Positions 18,757 through 28,500 of a stretch of DNA of 64,000 nt are shown here, piece after piece (the stretch's first letter is position 1; every line of letters begins with the position of its first letter). Source of the stretch: a virus; IMG/VR virus record IMGVR_UViG_3300037108_000012, positions 1 through 64,000 of that record. One strand, 5' to 3'. The notes beneath the pieces were generated by a model that was not told the DNA's origin, ran no database searches, and saw only the letters and a list, made by a program, of their open reading frames with translations. The translations under genes and the position numbers were made by a program.

Positions 18757-19668
18757 ATGAACGTTCCGCTTAAATCTCCATTTCCGTATTTTGGAGGTAA
18801 GTCGAGAGTATCTTCTATAGTATGGGATAGATTTGGGGATGTTGCGAATTATGTAGAACCATTTGCAGGTTCCCTTGCAGTGTTGTTAGGTCGGCCTACG
18901 GAGCCAAAGATAGAAACAGTAAACGATCTTGATTGTTTATTGGCAAATTTTTGGAGGTCTCTACAGAACGATCCTGATGCGGTAGCGGACGCGGCTGATA
19001 GACCAGTAAACGAGGCAGATCAACACGCAATTCATTTATGGTTGGTGACACGAGAAGAGTTTCGTGAGCGAATGAAAACAGACATTGACTACTATGATCC
19101 ATTGATAGCAGGAAGATGGGTATATGGTCAGTGTACATGGATTGGATCGGGATGGTGCGCGGCAAAGCTACCGCATCTTGGGAACGCGGGACGCGGGGTG
19201 AACAGGCAGCTACCGCACCTTGGGGACGCGGGTGGAGAAACACGAGAGTACTTATTGCAATACATGAATGAACTAGCGGAACGCTTACGCCGAGTGCGTG
19301 TATGTTGCGGAGATTGGTCAAGAGTAACTACTCCTTCTGTAACATTCAGGCATGGGACTACTGGTGTTTTTCTTGACCCTCCTTATGAAACAGGAAATTT
19401 ACAATATGCGGCAGGAGGAATTGGAGAAGGGATATGTAAAGATGTTAGAGAGTGGGCTATTGATAACGGAAATAATAAGGATATGAGAATAGCCTTATGT
19501 GGATATGAAGGAGAATATGAAATGCCGGAATCTTGGGATTGTTTCGCGTGGAAGGCGCAATCTGGTTATGCAGCGACTGGAGGCATAGCAGAGGAAAATT
19601 CTAAGCGCGAAAGGATTTGGTTTAGTCCACACTGTTTAAGCGGTAAACAAATGGGTTTGTTTAGTTGA
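18757..19668 (+). CDS. dam: DNA adenine methyltransferase (D12/Dam class)
   Basis: PFPYFGGK, YVEPFAGS, VND, FLDPPY. Confidence 0.9.
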   Translation: MNVPLKSPFPYFGGKSRVSSIVWDRFGDVANYVEPFAGSLAVLLGRPTEPKIETVNDLDCLLANFWRSLQNDPDAVADAADRPVNEADQHAIHLWLVTREEFRERMKTDIDYYDPLIAGRWVYGQCTWIGSGWCAAKLPHLGNAGRGVNRQLPHLGDAGGETREYLLQYMNELAERLRRVRVCCGDWSRVTTPSVTFRHGTTGVFLDPPYETGNLQYAAGGIGEGICKDVREWAIDNGNNKDMRIALCGYEGEYEMPESWDCFAWKAQSGYAATGGIAEENSKRERIWFSPHCLSGKQMGLFS

Positions 19669-20207
19669 ATTTATATCGGGATAGGAAAGAAAATGCACAC
19701 AAAACACACTACTTTGACGACGGAAGAGGATAGTTTTCTATGAGACGATGGATCGAAAACGAGGATGACGATATAGTGGAGACTACTGCAAAGTGGTCTC
19801 CAGAGGCAAAGTGTTCCTGTCATAACAACGGAGAGCCTTACGATTTGCAAGGGATCATGGTAACGTCTTTGGACCCAAATTGCCGAGTTCATAAGAAGAC
19901 TCTCAGTACGTACCCTATCGCTGCGAGTGTGGAACGTGTAGTGGGAAACTGGAATGGAATAGAAAAGTAAACATGGCGGCTATCTGCTCAGAGTGTCATA
20001 GATTCCGGTTAGATGGCAGGACGCTTTGCAAGTGCGGGGAGAGTAAACACACATACGCGATGATAACTTTGAATCTCAGATGTACATGGTGCTTCAAGTT
20101 ATTTACGTGGAAAGTTCGTGAAATGAATAGGATGCCAGAAGGTATCCGCAGATGTTGTTCAAACTCATGTGCTGCGAAGTTGAGGCACTGGGAAGAGGAG
20201 AGGAAAA

Positions 20208-20603
20208 TTGAGCGAACTTCAGGAATGGTGCAAGGAAAACAATGTGAAGGTATCACCGCAAGTTAAACGTGCGGCTGATTTCCTTGAGAGCAAAGGATAC
20301 GATTTTCTAGTAGACTTCGGGTATGAGAACGCAGAGAAAATAGCGAGGGAAAAGTACAACTTCAATGCTGTAGAGCCGAGTCGCAAGACGTTGAACGGTA
20401 TGGTACTTCGGATCATGCACGGTAATAGATGGATGACTCCTTGGGCTATCCAGACTAAGATTATACAGGGCGGTCATTTTGTCTGTGATTCCTCTGTGAA
20501 GAGCCGTATTCGTGATCTTCGGTTGCCGGAGTACGGATGCCATTTGATTGATAAGCGCAAGATTGTGGACTCTAATGCCTATGAATATCGTTTGGTGAGG
20601 TAA
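20208..20603 (+). CDS. Hypothetical protein with possible winged-helix domain
   Basis: WMTPWAIQ...SVKSRIRDLR...YEYRL pattern. Confidence 0.55.
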   Translation: MSELQEWCKENNVKVSPQVKRAADFLESKGYDFLVDFGYENAEKIAREKYNFNAVEPSRKTLNGMVLRIMHGNRWMTPWAIQTKIIQGGHFVCDSSVKSRIRDLRLPEYGCHLIDKRKIVDSNAYEYRLVR

Positions 20604-20606
20604 TAA

Positions 20607-20993
20607 ATGACCAATATTTCGACTGAAAACATATTTGATCTTGCGTCGTCTACAACTCGAACTGAAATAGAACGCCTATTATGCGGAACAGGACTACATA
20701 ACTGGATGAATGATTGGGATGAGGCTGCTGGTGATGTGAAATGTTTTGCGTGTGGTAAGAAGTCAGGTAGACCTTGGGTATACATACTATCTTTAGATGC
20801 AAGTGTAGCTATATGGAAAATCGTCATGAACATCTACCCGGAGATACGGAAAGAGAAGATAGAGCAAGAAAAGAAAGATGAGTCTGATTATAAAGAAAGA
20901 TTGGAAAGGCGAACTCTTGCAGATTTAGAGATTATGCTATCTTTGAATCAGACCATGAATGATTTTTATATTGCATCAATCAAATCTAGTTAA
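20607..20993 (+). CDS. Hypothetical protein
   Basis: 128-aa ORF. Confidence 0.6.
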   Translation: MTNISTENIFDLASSTTRTEIERLLCGTGLHNWMNDWDEAAGDVKCFACGKKSGRPWVYILSLDASVAIWKIVMNIYPEIRKEKIEQEKKDESDYKERLERRTLADLEIMLSLNQTMNDFYIASIKSS

Positions 20994-21007
20994 CGGGAGA
21001 GGATCAA

Positions 21008-21631
21008 ATGACAGACGAAAAAGTTGTGATGTATGACAGCGACGAAGCAGCGACTCGTGTTGATATGCCGGGTTGGAAATCACGTCTTGGACACTTCTAT
21101 CCTGGTGACAATTCAAACAGTGAGCATGGGGCGCGGTGGTCTGGCTGTACGCATCAGAAGTGTTCTTGCGGAGCGATAATGTGGCGAGGAGAAACACGCT
21201 GCCGGTCGTGCCAATCGAAGATAGATAGCGAAAAGTATTATGCTTTGCCAATCGCCAATTGGGATGGTGTAACTCCTACTTGTGACGATAAGAAAGATAA
21301 GTATTATTGGAGCAAAGACGAACTATTAGACGATATGTACTGGCAACTCGAAGAGGCACAGAAGCGTGGCGAGGAACCAGAGATGCACGTAGTAATAGCA
21401 GAGCCTCATTATCTTCATGAATTAGATGGTAGTGAATGGGATGATGATCTTCCAGATAACGGAGACTATGATGGGATTCCTAGTGAAGTAGGAAAAGCGA
21501 TAGATGCGCTCAATGAGGTTATCAAGGCGCAAGGACCGTCCTGTTGGTATCCGGGTAAGCATAGGATCGACATGGAGCCATTGTGGGCGCAGTTGAAAGA
21601 GGAACTGGCAAAGGAAAAGAAAGATGCCTAA
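21008..21631 (+). CDS. Hypothetical phage protein (Zn-ribbon)
   Basis: GCTHQKCSCG...CRSC. Confidence 0.7.
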   Translation: MTDEKVVMYDSDEAATRVDMPGWKSRLGHFYPGDNSNSEHGARWSGCTHQKCSCGAIMWRGETRCRSCQSKIDSEKYYALPIANWDGVTPTCDDKKDKYYWSKDELLDDMYWQLEEAQKRGEEPEMHVVIAEPHYLHELDGSEWDDDLPDNGDYDGIPSEVGKAIDALNEVIKAQGPSCWYPGKHRIDMEPLWAQLKEELAKEKKDA

Positions 21632-21989
21632 AGCAAATAAACCAGTCAAAAAGTGGACCAATGCCTACCTAATGCAAGAGTTTCTAAGGTTGGACAAGAA
21701 GTTCTTTAGTGGTAAACTACCTATTCCTTTATCTTTAAGGTTTTGTCCGATAGACGGACTAGGGCATACGTTTAGGTATCGAACGGTAGGGAAACGGCGC
21801 AGCAATAATGATCGTTTTGGGATACAGATCAGTCCTAAACTACGGTTTTCAAAGAAATTATGGTATTCAACCCTTGTACACGAGATGGTACATCTTGAGC
21901 AACGTCTCAAGTATAGTTGCTATGGGAAGCGGTTCGATGATCGGATGAAAGAACTTGCGGCGGCAGGAATCTTCAAAGGAATCTGGTAG
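21624..21989 (+). CDS. SprT-like zinc metalloprotease
   Basis: FFSGKLP...TLVHEMVH. Confidence 0.8.
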   Translation: MPKANKPVKKWTNAYLMQEFLRLDKKFFSGKLPIPLSLRFCPIDGLGHTFRYRTVGKRRSNNDRFGIQISPKLRFSKKLWYSTLVHEMVHLEQRLKYSCYGKRFDDRMKELAAAGIFKGIW

Positions 21990-22041
21990 TAGGGCTTGAC
22001 ATTTGCAAGCAGGGCGCATATAAACGATAAGAGAGGCAAGC

Positions 22042-22332
22042 ATGGGGCGGAACAAGAGAGTGATGGATACTGAAATAAAGGGAGAAATGCAGTCTATTTC
22101 GGCTCAATGGAAGCAGCTTAGATTGGATCATGCTCTTACGCAGAAGTTCTTATCGGAGATTGTTGGGGTGAGCCGTAGGACGATCCAAAGTATTGAAAGC
22201 GGAGGAATTATACCCCAAGAGGGAACAATTGCGAAGTTTGAGGAATTGCGGAAGAAGTACGAGAAAAACAGGAAAATAAGCCGCAAAAGCCTACGGAAAC
22301 CCAAAGACGAAGAGGACGAATACGAATTCTAA
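22042..22332 (+). CDS. XRE-family HTH regulator
   Basis: LTQKFLSEIVGVSRRTIQSIESG; TTGACA-17-TATAAA at 21996. Confidence 0.85.
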   Translation: MGRNKRVMDTEIKGEMQSISAQWKQLRLDHALTQKFLSEIVGVSRRTIQSIESGGIIPQEGTIAKFEELRKKYEKNRKISRKSLRKPKDEEDEYEF

Positions 22333-22373
22333 CGGTATAATCACCAAACAGCAGGTTCAAAAAGGAGAAGTTC

Positions 22374-22850
22374 ATGGCAGAAGTAAACATTGAAGGTCTT
22401 TCTGGGACTGAAATTATCGAAGATGTTCTCGATCAAATTCGTCGTAAACTCAAGTATTCATGTAATTTGAGGGACACAGACAGTTACGGTCAAGGGTACT
22501 CAGGAACGGTTACAATCAACCTAAAAATGTATGCGATGGATACGACAGAAGACAATTTTACCGTCAATATCACTCCCAAGGGAGAGATTCCTTCGTCTAC
22601 AGAGTCAGTTATTGTTACTCCGTTCGATGTGGATGAGAAGCTGGAGATTCCGCAGGAGCTTGACCTTGAGGCTGTTCGAGAGCGTAGCAAGGTTCCTGAG
22701 CCACTGCCAGAGCCTAGCGAGGCTGATGGAGATTCCAGAATGCCAGCGCGACTCAAGAGAAAATACACGAGGCGCACAGGAGTCGCCTCGTTGGAGCAGA
22801 CCGTAATCGGTGGTGGGGCGGTCGATCTAGAGAACGAACCGAATTTCTGA
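22374..22850 (+). CDS. Hypothetical protein
   Basis: 158-aa ORF, AAGGAG RBS. Confidence 0.7.
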   Translation: MAEVNIEGLSGTEIIEDVLDQIRRKLKYSCNLRDTDSYGQGYSGTVTINLKMYAMDTTEDNFTVNITPKGEIPSSTESVIVTPFDVDEKLEIPQELDLEAVRERSKVPEPLPEPSEADGDSRMPARLKRKYTRRTGVASLEQTVIGGGAVDLENEPNF

Positions 22851-22872
22851 TGTATCCGACCATCAGAGAAAA

Positions 22873-22965
22873 TCCTGCGGCTCCTCGAAAGAGGGACAGA
22901 TGCTCCGCCCGTACACGAGGCGCTCACATCGCAGCTAACAGTCCGATAAACGGGCAGCCGCAGGA
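22873..22965 (+). ncRNA. Candidate multi-branch structured RNA
   Basis: 10-bp closing stem tcctgcggct/agccgcagga enclosing cctc-GAAA-gagg and two more hairpins. Confidence 0.5.
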
Positions 22966-22994
22966 ATTGAATTAATGGACCACCGGGAGAGATA

Positions 22995-23792
22995 ATGTCT
23001 GAAAGCGTAAGAGGATCGAACGGCGGGAACGCTCGTAAGGAAAAATTAACACCGGAGCAGCGTTCATCTATCGCCAAACTTGCTGCTCAAAAGCGGTGGG
23101 GGAAAACAAAAGAAGAGCCAGAAGATTTAGGATATTCTTATGTAAATTCAAAGACAGGAGAAACATCCGAACCATCTCCTACACCTATCGTAATCAATGA
23201 ATCTCCAAAACCTATTCCTTCTTCGTTTATCTACAAAGAAGATATAAAACCCATTACAGAGCATATTCCTGCGGCTCCACAGGCGCTACGTGTAACTCCT
23301 TCGGAAAAGGGAAGGAAACGTGCCTCAAAGGAAAACCAAACAGTATCTAAAGTCTATAGACAAGCTCTTTCTACAGCAGAAAAAGAGTACGAAGAAACAG
23401 CGGAAAAACTAGCGTATCATGATGAGATGGCTGCACGTCTAAAGGCTAGAATGCCAAGGCTGATTCAAACCGTAGAGGCGCTACGAGGAACAATTGATCC
23501 TCAAGTAGCGATGCAATCGTATCCGATGCAATCATTTAATACGCCGATGCAAGATTTTTCCGATCCGGCTAGGATGAATCAACCGTACCAACCAATGCCG
23601 ACAATAGAACAGAATCCTATTGATCCTGCTTTGTACATGACAAACTCTAATCCATTACCAGGGTTAGTACCTGCGGCTCAAAATGCTCCTATGGTTCCTA
23701 ATACGTCAGTAGGGGGAGCGATAGACTTGGATTATTCTCCAGTGGAAGATGAAGGACCAAAGTTGGCGAACATGGGCGGAGGATGGGTGTAA
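22995..23792 (+). CDS. Hypothetical protein with N-terminal GGxARxxxLTPEQRSxIAxxAAxxRW motif
   Basis: Motif as in P63C-associated/small nucleic-acid-binding proteins, followed by coiled coil and low-complexity tail. Confidence 0.7.
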   Translation: MSESVRGSNGGNARKEKLTPEQRSSIAKLAAQKRWGKTKEEPEDLGYSYVNSKTGETSEPSPTPIVINESPKPIPSSFIYKEDIKPITEHIPAAPQALRVTPSEKGRKRASKENQTVSKVYRQALSTAEKEYEETAEKLAYHDEMAARLKARMPRLIQTVEALRGTIDPQVAMQSYPMQSFNTPMQDFSDPARMNQPYQPMPTIEQNPIDPALYMTNSNPLPGLVPAAQNAPMVPNTSVGGAIDLDYSPVEDEGPKLANMGGGWV

Positions 23793-24142
23793 AATGACCG
23801 AACAAGAGAAGAAAGCCGAATGTGAGCGTATTTGCGGAGAGTCTGGTAAGCGTGGGATGCACCAGATTGCTCCAGTGATGTGTCCTATTAAAGAGGACGA
23901 ATGGAAGCATCCTAAGCGCAAGAACGACTATCAGGGGGTAAATTGAAGACCAAACTTGAGACGATGATCGAGCTTGAGGATACTGTGCGTGCCGAGGTAA
24001 CGGCGCGTTATCCAGATATGGACGCTGATTGGGCCGTAAAGCACTACATGGATCGGTTCTACGACAATAACAAGAAATTATCTGGAATCATAGCGGCGAT
24101 GGTTCCTGAGATCATTAGGTCGCAGATGGAGCCAAAGGAGGC

Positions 24143-24604
24143 GTGATGAGTGGAAACGAAGAGCGTCTTGCGTATGCTTTTGAACGAATAGCTACAGCGT
24201 TGGAAGGGTTCAATGAAGAATTTAAGCAAGCAGGAACTCGATACTGGCCTAGACCAGGACAGCAAAAAGAAGCCGTCCTTAGCAGAGTCCCAACCGAAGA
24301 GGATAAAATCCGAGAGCGGCAAGGAACAGGAGATAATATCCCAATTGACGAATGGCTCACCGATATTGGAGACCCAGAGGGAGAAGCAGGAATCGTCGGA
24401 GAACGAAGCCGACAGTGGATTATCGACCATCACCCTGAAAAAGAAAAAGTCGTTGATGCCAGTCCCAAAGCTGTCAGCGTTGGAGAGCAGGACACTTCAA
24501 GCGTTGAAGAGGTTGAAGGTAAAGCCGGAAGCGTTGCAGTCATTACCACAGATAACCCCCATGTTGAAAAAAAGTCTCAAAGGCGGACTAAGAACCGCTC
24601 TTGA
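24143..24604 (+). CDS. Hypothetical protein, overlapping next ORF
   Basis: AAGGAGG RBS; coupled to upstream stop. Confidence 0.55.
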   Translation: MMSGNEERLAYAFERIATALEGFNEEFKQAGTRYWPRPGQQKEAVLSRVPTEEDKIRERQGTGDNIPIDEWLTDIGDPEGEAGIVGERSRQWIIDHHPEKEKVVDASPKAVSVGEQDTSSVEEVEGKAGSVAVITTDNPHVEKKSQRRTKNRS

Positions 24605-25103
24605 GGCTATGCGTTTTGCAACGAACGATGAAGTGGTAGCGGATTTTCTGAGGGTTTACGATAAGATTCCTATTGGCGATAGGGACAGATTGCCATGGGA
24701 AGCTATAATGATAAAAGCCAAAGTGAATCCGATATACTTACTTGGTGCTATTCAGATGGCGGTGCAGACCTACAGTTGGAATAAGAGTAGGTTTCTAGCG
24801 GTATCGAGTCATCCTGAGATCACAAAGAATAGAATCAAGTTCGCAAAGATGGCTGGAGGCGTAAAGGACAGAGAGGCGTTGGATATAGTCAACGGATTTT
24901 TGCAATCGCCGAAAGGACCAACGTTTATTGGCAAGCAGGTTGCAGTATTTGGCGGTAATGGTGGTGGTCAGAGTAACAATGGTGGCGGTAATGTAGTGGA
25001 CGCGGAAGTAGATAATGATGATGGGTTTGAGAATCTGTTTCCTAGTCCGAATGAGATTCAGGACAAACTTGTGCCAATCAGACAACGGTTGCTGGAGGGG
25101 TGA
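24213..25103 (+). CDS. Hypothetical protein, possible terminase small subunit
   Basis: 296-aa ORF close upstream of TerL; assignment positional only; start uncertain. Confidence 0.5.
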   Translation: MKNLSKQELDTGLDQDSKKKPSLAESQPKRIKSESGKEQEIISQLTNGSPILETQREKQESSENEADSGLSTITLKKKKSLMPVPKLSALESRTLQALKRLKVKPEALQSLPQITPMLKKSLKGGLRTALEAMRFATNDEVVADFLRVYDKIPIGDRDRLPWEAIMIKAKVNPIYLLGAIQMAVQTYSWNKSRFLAVSSHPEITKNRIKFAKMAGGVKDREALDIVNGFLQSPKGPTFIGKQVAVFGGNGGGQSNNGGGNVVDAEVDNDDGFENLFPSPNEIQDKLVPIRQRLLEG

Positions 25104-25596
25104 TGGCTAATAGATCATTTGATGAGGATACTTCGTGGAGTAGGTCGGGTAAGAGTAAATTTGGTACTCATACTACGTATTACTCTAGGGCGGTAATCGT
25201 AGAGAATGGAAAGAAGTGTGGATTTTGCGCGTATGGAAATACCGTATTGGAAGCCAATGAACTCCTAAATTCTTTCCTGAGCGATAAATGTAATTGTTGG
25301 ACTCCCAAGACAAAAGAAATATGTCCAGTGCATAGAAAGGATAACGATTGATACGATTCATAGATTTAGGAAAACAGATAGCAACAGACCCGCATGATCT
25401 TGAATGGTCGCGGGAGTTTTGCTTTTATGACACGTTGGAAGCTCATTTTGTTTCTTTTGATAACCGGCAAATCTTTGATTCGGTTGATGATTTGAAAGAC
25501 TGTCTGGACGAAAATGAGGTTGCATACGGGAGACGGATACTAGGGTTGCTTCCGTCGTGGGTTCCCAAGAGCACTAGGAGTTTAGCGAGGTAGATT

Positions 25597-28500
25597 TTGT
25601 ATAGCGAAAAGATTATCGAAGCCAATCTTGACCTTTTTGAATCGAAAGAAGGTTGGCGACCAGTGCGCCATACCTTAGATCAAGTAAACGAGTTTAAGTC
25701 ATACGTAGATTCTGTAGTGAAAATAGGAAGTAACAGCAAAGGTTCATGGATTGAATCTGTCGCACCTATGACAGAGAAAAGAAGAAAAGAAATATCCCAT
25801 TGGGTAGAAAACGAGCAGGTTCTTTGTGGCTTGGACAGCCTTTATTGGGAACTAAACTATGCGTATGTGTGTTGTCCAGCAGAAGCACCAATATGGATGT
25901 CTGACTTTTCTTTTAAGCCTATCGGTGAAATAATACCAGGAGATGAAATTATAGGTTTTGAAAGAAAACCTTTGAAGAACACGCCTAATGCCACGTTGAA
26001 TTCGCGTGGTCGTCAACGCACCACGAAATTAGAGCACATTGTAAGAACTAAAGTTACATCGGTTCATAAATGTATACGTCCAATAATTAAAGTAACGATG
26101 GAATCGGGAGATGTTATAAGATGCACACCAGATCATTTATGGTCTAGTGGAGAACATGACCGAAGTTTATATCCTTGGATAAAAGCTAGGATAGGTAAAA
26201 CACTCAGAAAAATAGTTGATGTTTATCCAAACGATCCGCCTGATCCATGGACCGCTGCGTGGTTGGGAGGTATGTACGACGGAGAAGGATCACGAGGAAT
26301 GATTTCGCAGTATAAGAGTCATAACCCAGAAGTTCACGCTAAACTCGTTGAATCAATGAAGATGTTCGACTTCAAACAAAAATTTAAGAGCGGTAAAAGT
26401 CACATCGTACAAGAGTATGTAGGGTGGAACGATTACTGTGTTCGCATCAATGGTGAATTAACAGGTAAAGCTAAATTCTTGTGCTGGTGCAAACCTGTAA
26501 GAGCATGGTCGATGGAGAAGCTAATATTTAAGTCAATGAGAGCTTTTGGAGATAAGGTTGTGAATATAGAACCAGATGGAGAAGGTGAAGTTTTTGCACT
26601 TACAACAGAAACAGGAAATTATATAGTATACGGATATGCAAGTCGAAATTGTGACGAAAAAGGGCAGATTTATAAATTTGCACCACGTATGTCTCAAAGG
26701 ATATATAATTCCGTCATTGCGGATTTTGATGAGAAACAAGTGTCTATTGAACTCCTTATACTTAAAGGAAGGCAATTAGGGATCACTACCCAAACTGCTT
26801 TGAAGTTTCTTCACAGAATGCTTTTCCTTCCACATACTCAGGCTATTATGGCCTCAGTTAAAGCGGAAGCATCGCAACTTATCTCAAGGATTATTGATAC
26901 AGCGTATGAAAGGTGTCCATTTTGGTTAGTTCCGTACAGAACCCCAAAAAAGGGATTCTCTAATGGTTCGATTCTTTCTGTACAGTCAGGTATGCAAGCT
27001 ACGGGACTAGCTCAAGGATGGACACCAAGTTGTTTAACACCAGATTCACTTATTCGTGTTGCTGATGGGTTTGTTAAGCCAATCTCCAGCATCACCGAAG
27101 ATGATACTGTAATTACGCACACAGGGAAACTTGTGAAAGTAAAGGCAGCATTCAAAACGAAGCGTGAACCAGATGTGGCACGGTCAATTAAATTATGGGG
27201 ACATCACAGTAGTCTAAAATGTACACCTGAACACCTAATTAAAACTCCTGATGGGTGGGTAGAGGCCGCAGAGATAAGCGTTGGAGATTACGTTGTTCAC
27301 CCGTTACGAAAAATTACAGACGAAATAAAATCGTTTGAAACCTACCTTTATAGAAGAGGTAAAATACGAGAAGATAAGAAAATACGTTTTAACGTCAACC
27401 TTACATCAGGGTTAGGGTATCTGTGTGGTTTTTACCTAGCTGAAGGTACGTGCCACGGAACGACCACCGTGAATAAGAAGTATCTGTCAGAGGTCGTGTT
27501 TAGTATTCATGCAAACGAAATGGAAGACAGAGAAAGGTGTCTACGTAAGTATTTTGGAGAAAAACAAAATATCAATTCCAAAAAGAAGAATAAAGGAAAC
27601 GGGGCAAGCATTACCGTAAGCTGTGCATGGTTCGCTAGATGGATAGCGGAAAACTTCGGCAGGACAGATAAGAAGACAATCCCTGATTGGGTATGGAATG
27701 CCGGGAGAGAGTTTTGCCTTGGATTAGTGAATGGATATTTAGAAGGAGATGGATCAACCTGCGAAGATCGTAATATAGTTATTGCTCCTTCTATTTGTCA
27801 GCAGTTGATTCTTCAAATGCGAGATATGGTAGCGTCTCTTGGTATAGGATGGTCTTCAGTATACTTTAATCCGAAGGAGAAATCTAAGCACGATAAATCT
27901 GTTCGTAAGGACGTATGGAGATTAGCTCTTACTGGACCTACTGCTTATCACTATCGTTCAATGTTTGGATACTTTACTCAACCGCTAAAAAACGGAGAAG
28001 CACGTCATTGGCGCTATGGTGCAGATGGAGAAAGTGTAGAGATTATGGTTGAGTCGGCATTAAATGATTATGCCGATGAGTATTGGGATATAGAAGTAGA
28101 AGACGAGGATCACTCATTCACCACAGATCAATGTGCAGTACATAACTGCGTTCACCTTTCTGAGATAGCGGACATCCCAGACCCTATAAAAACAATCGAA
28201 GAGGGATTATTCCGAGCCGCTCACTCATCCAAGAACCTATTCATGGCTCTTGAGGGAACAGGAGGAGGGAGTACAGGGTGGCTTGCTGACACATGGAGAG
28301 CAGCTAAAGAAGATTGGCCTAAAGGACAATCAAGACTGTTCCCGATGTTTATTCCTTGGCCTATGTGTCCAGAGATTTATCCTCAAGAAGATTGGATTAG
28401 GAAATTTCCTTTAGAAAACAGTTGGAGACCAAGCGAAGTAACGCGAAGACATATTACACGCTGCGAGTCGTATATACGCAACACTCCGTACTTAGCGAGA

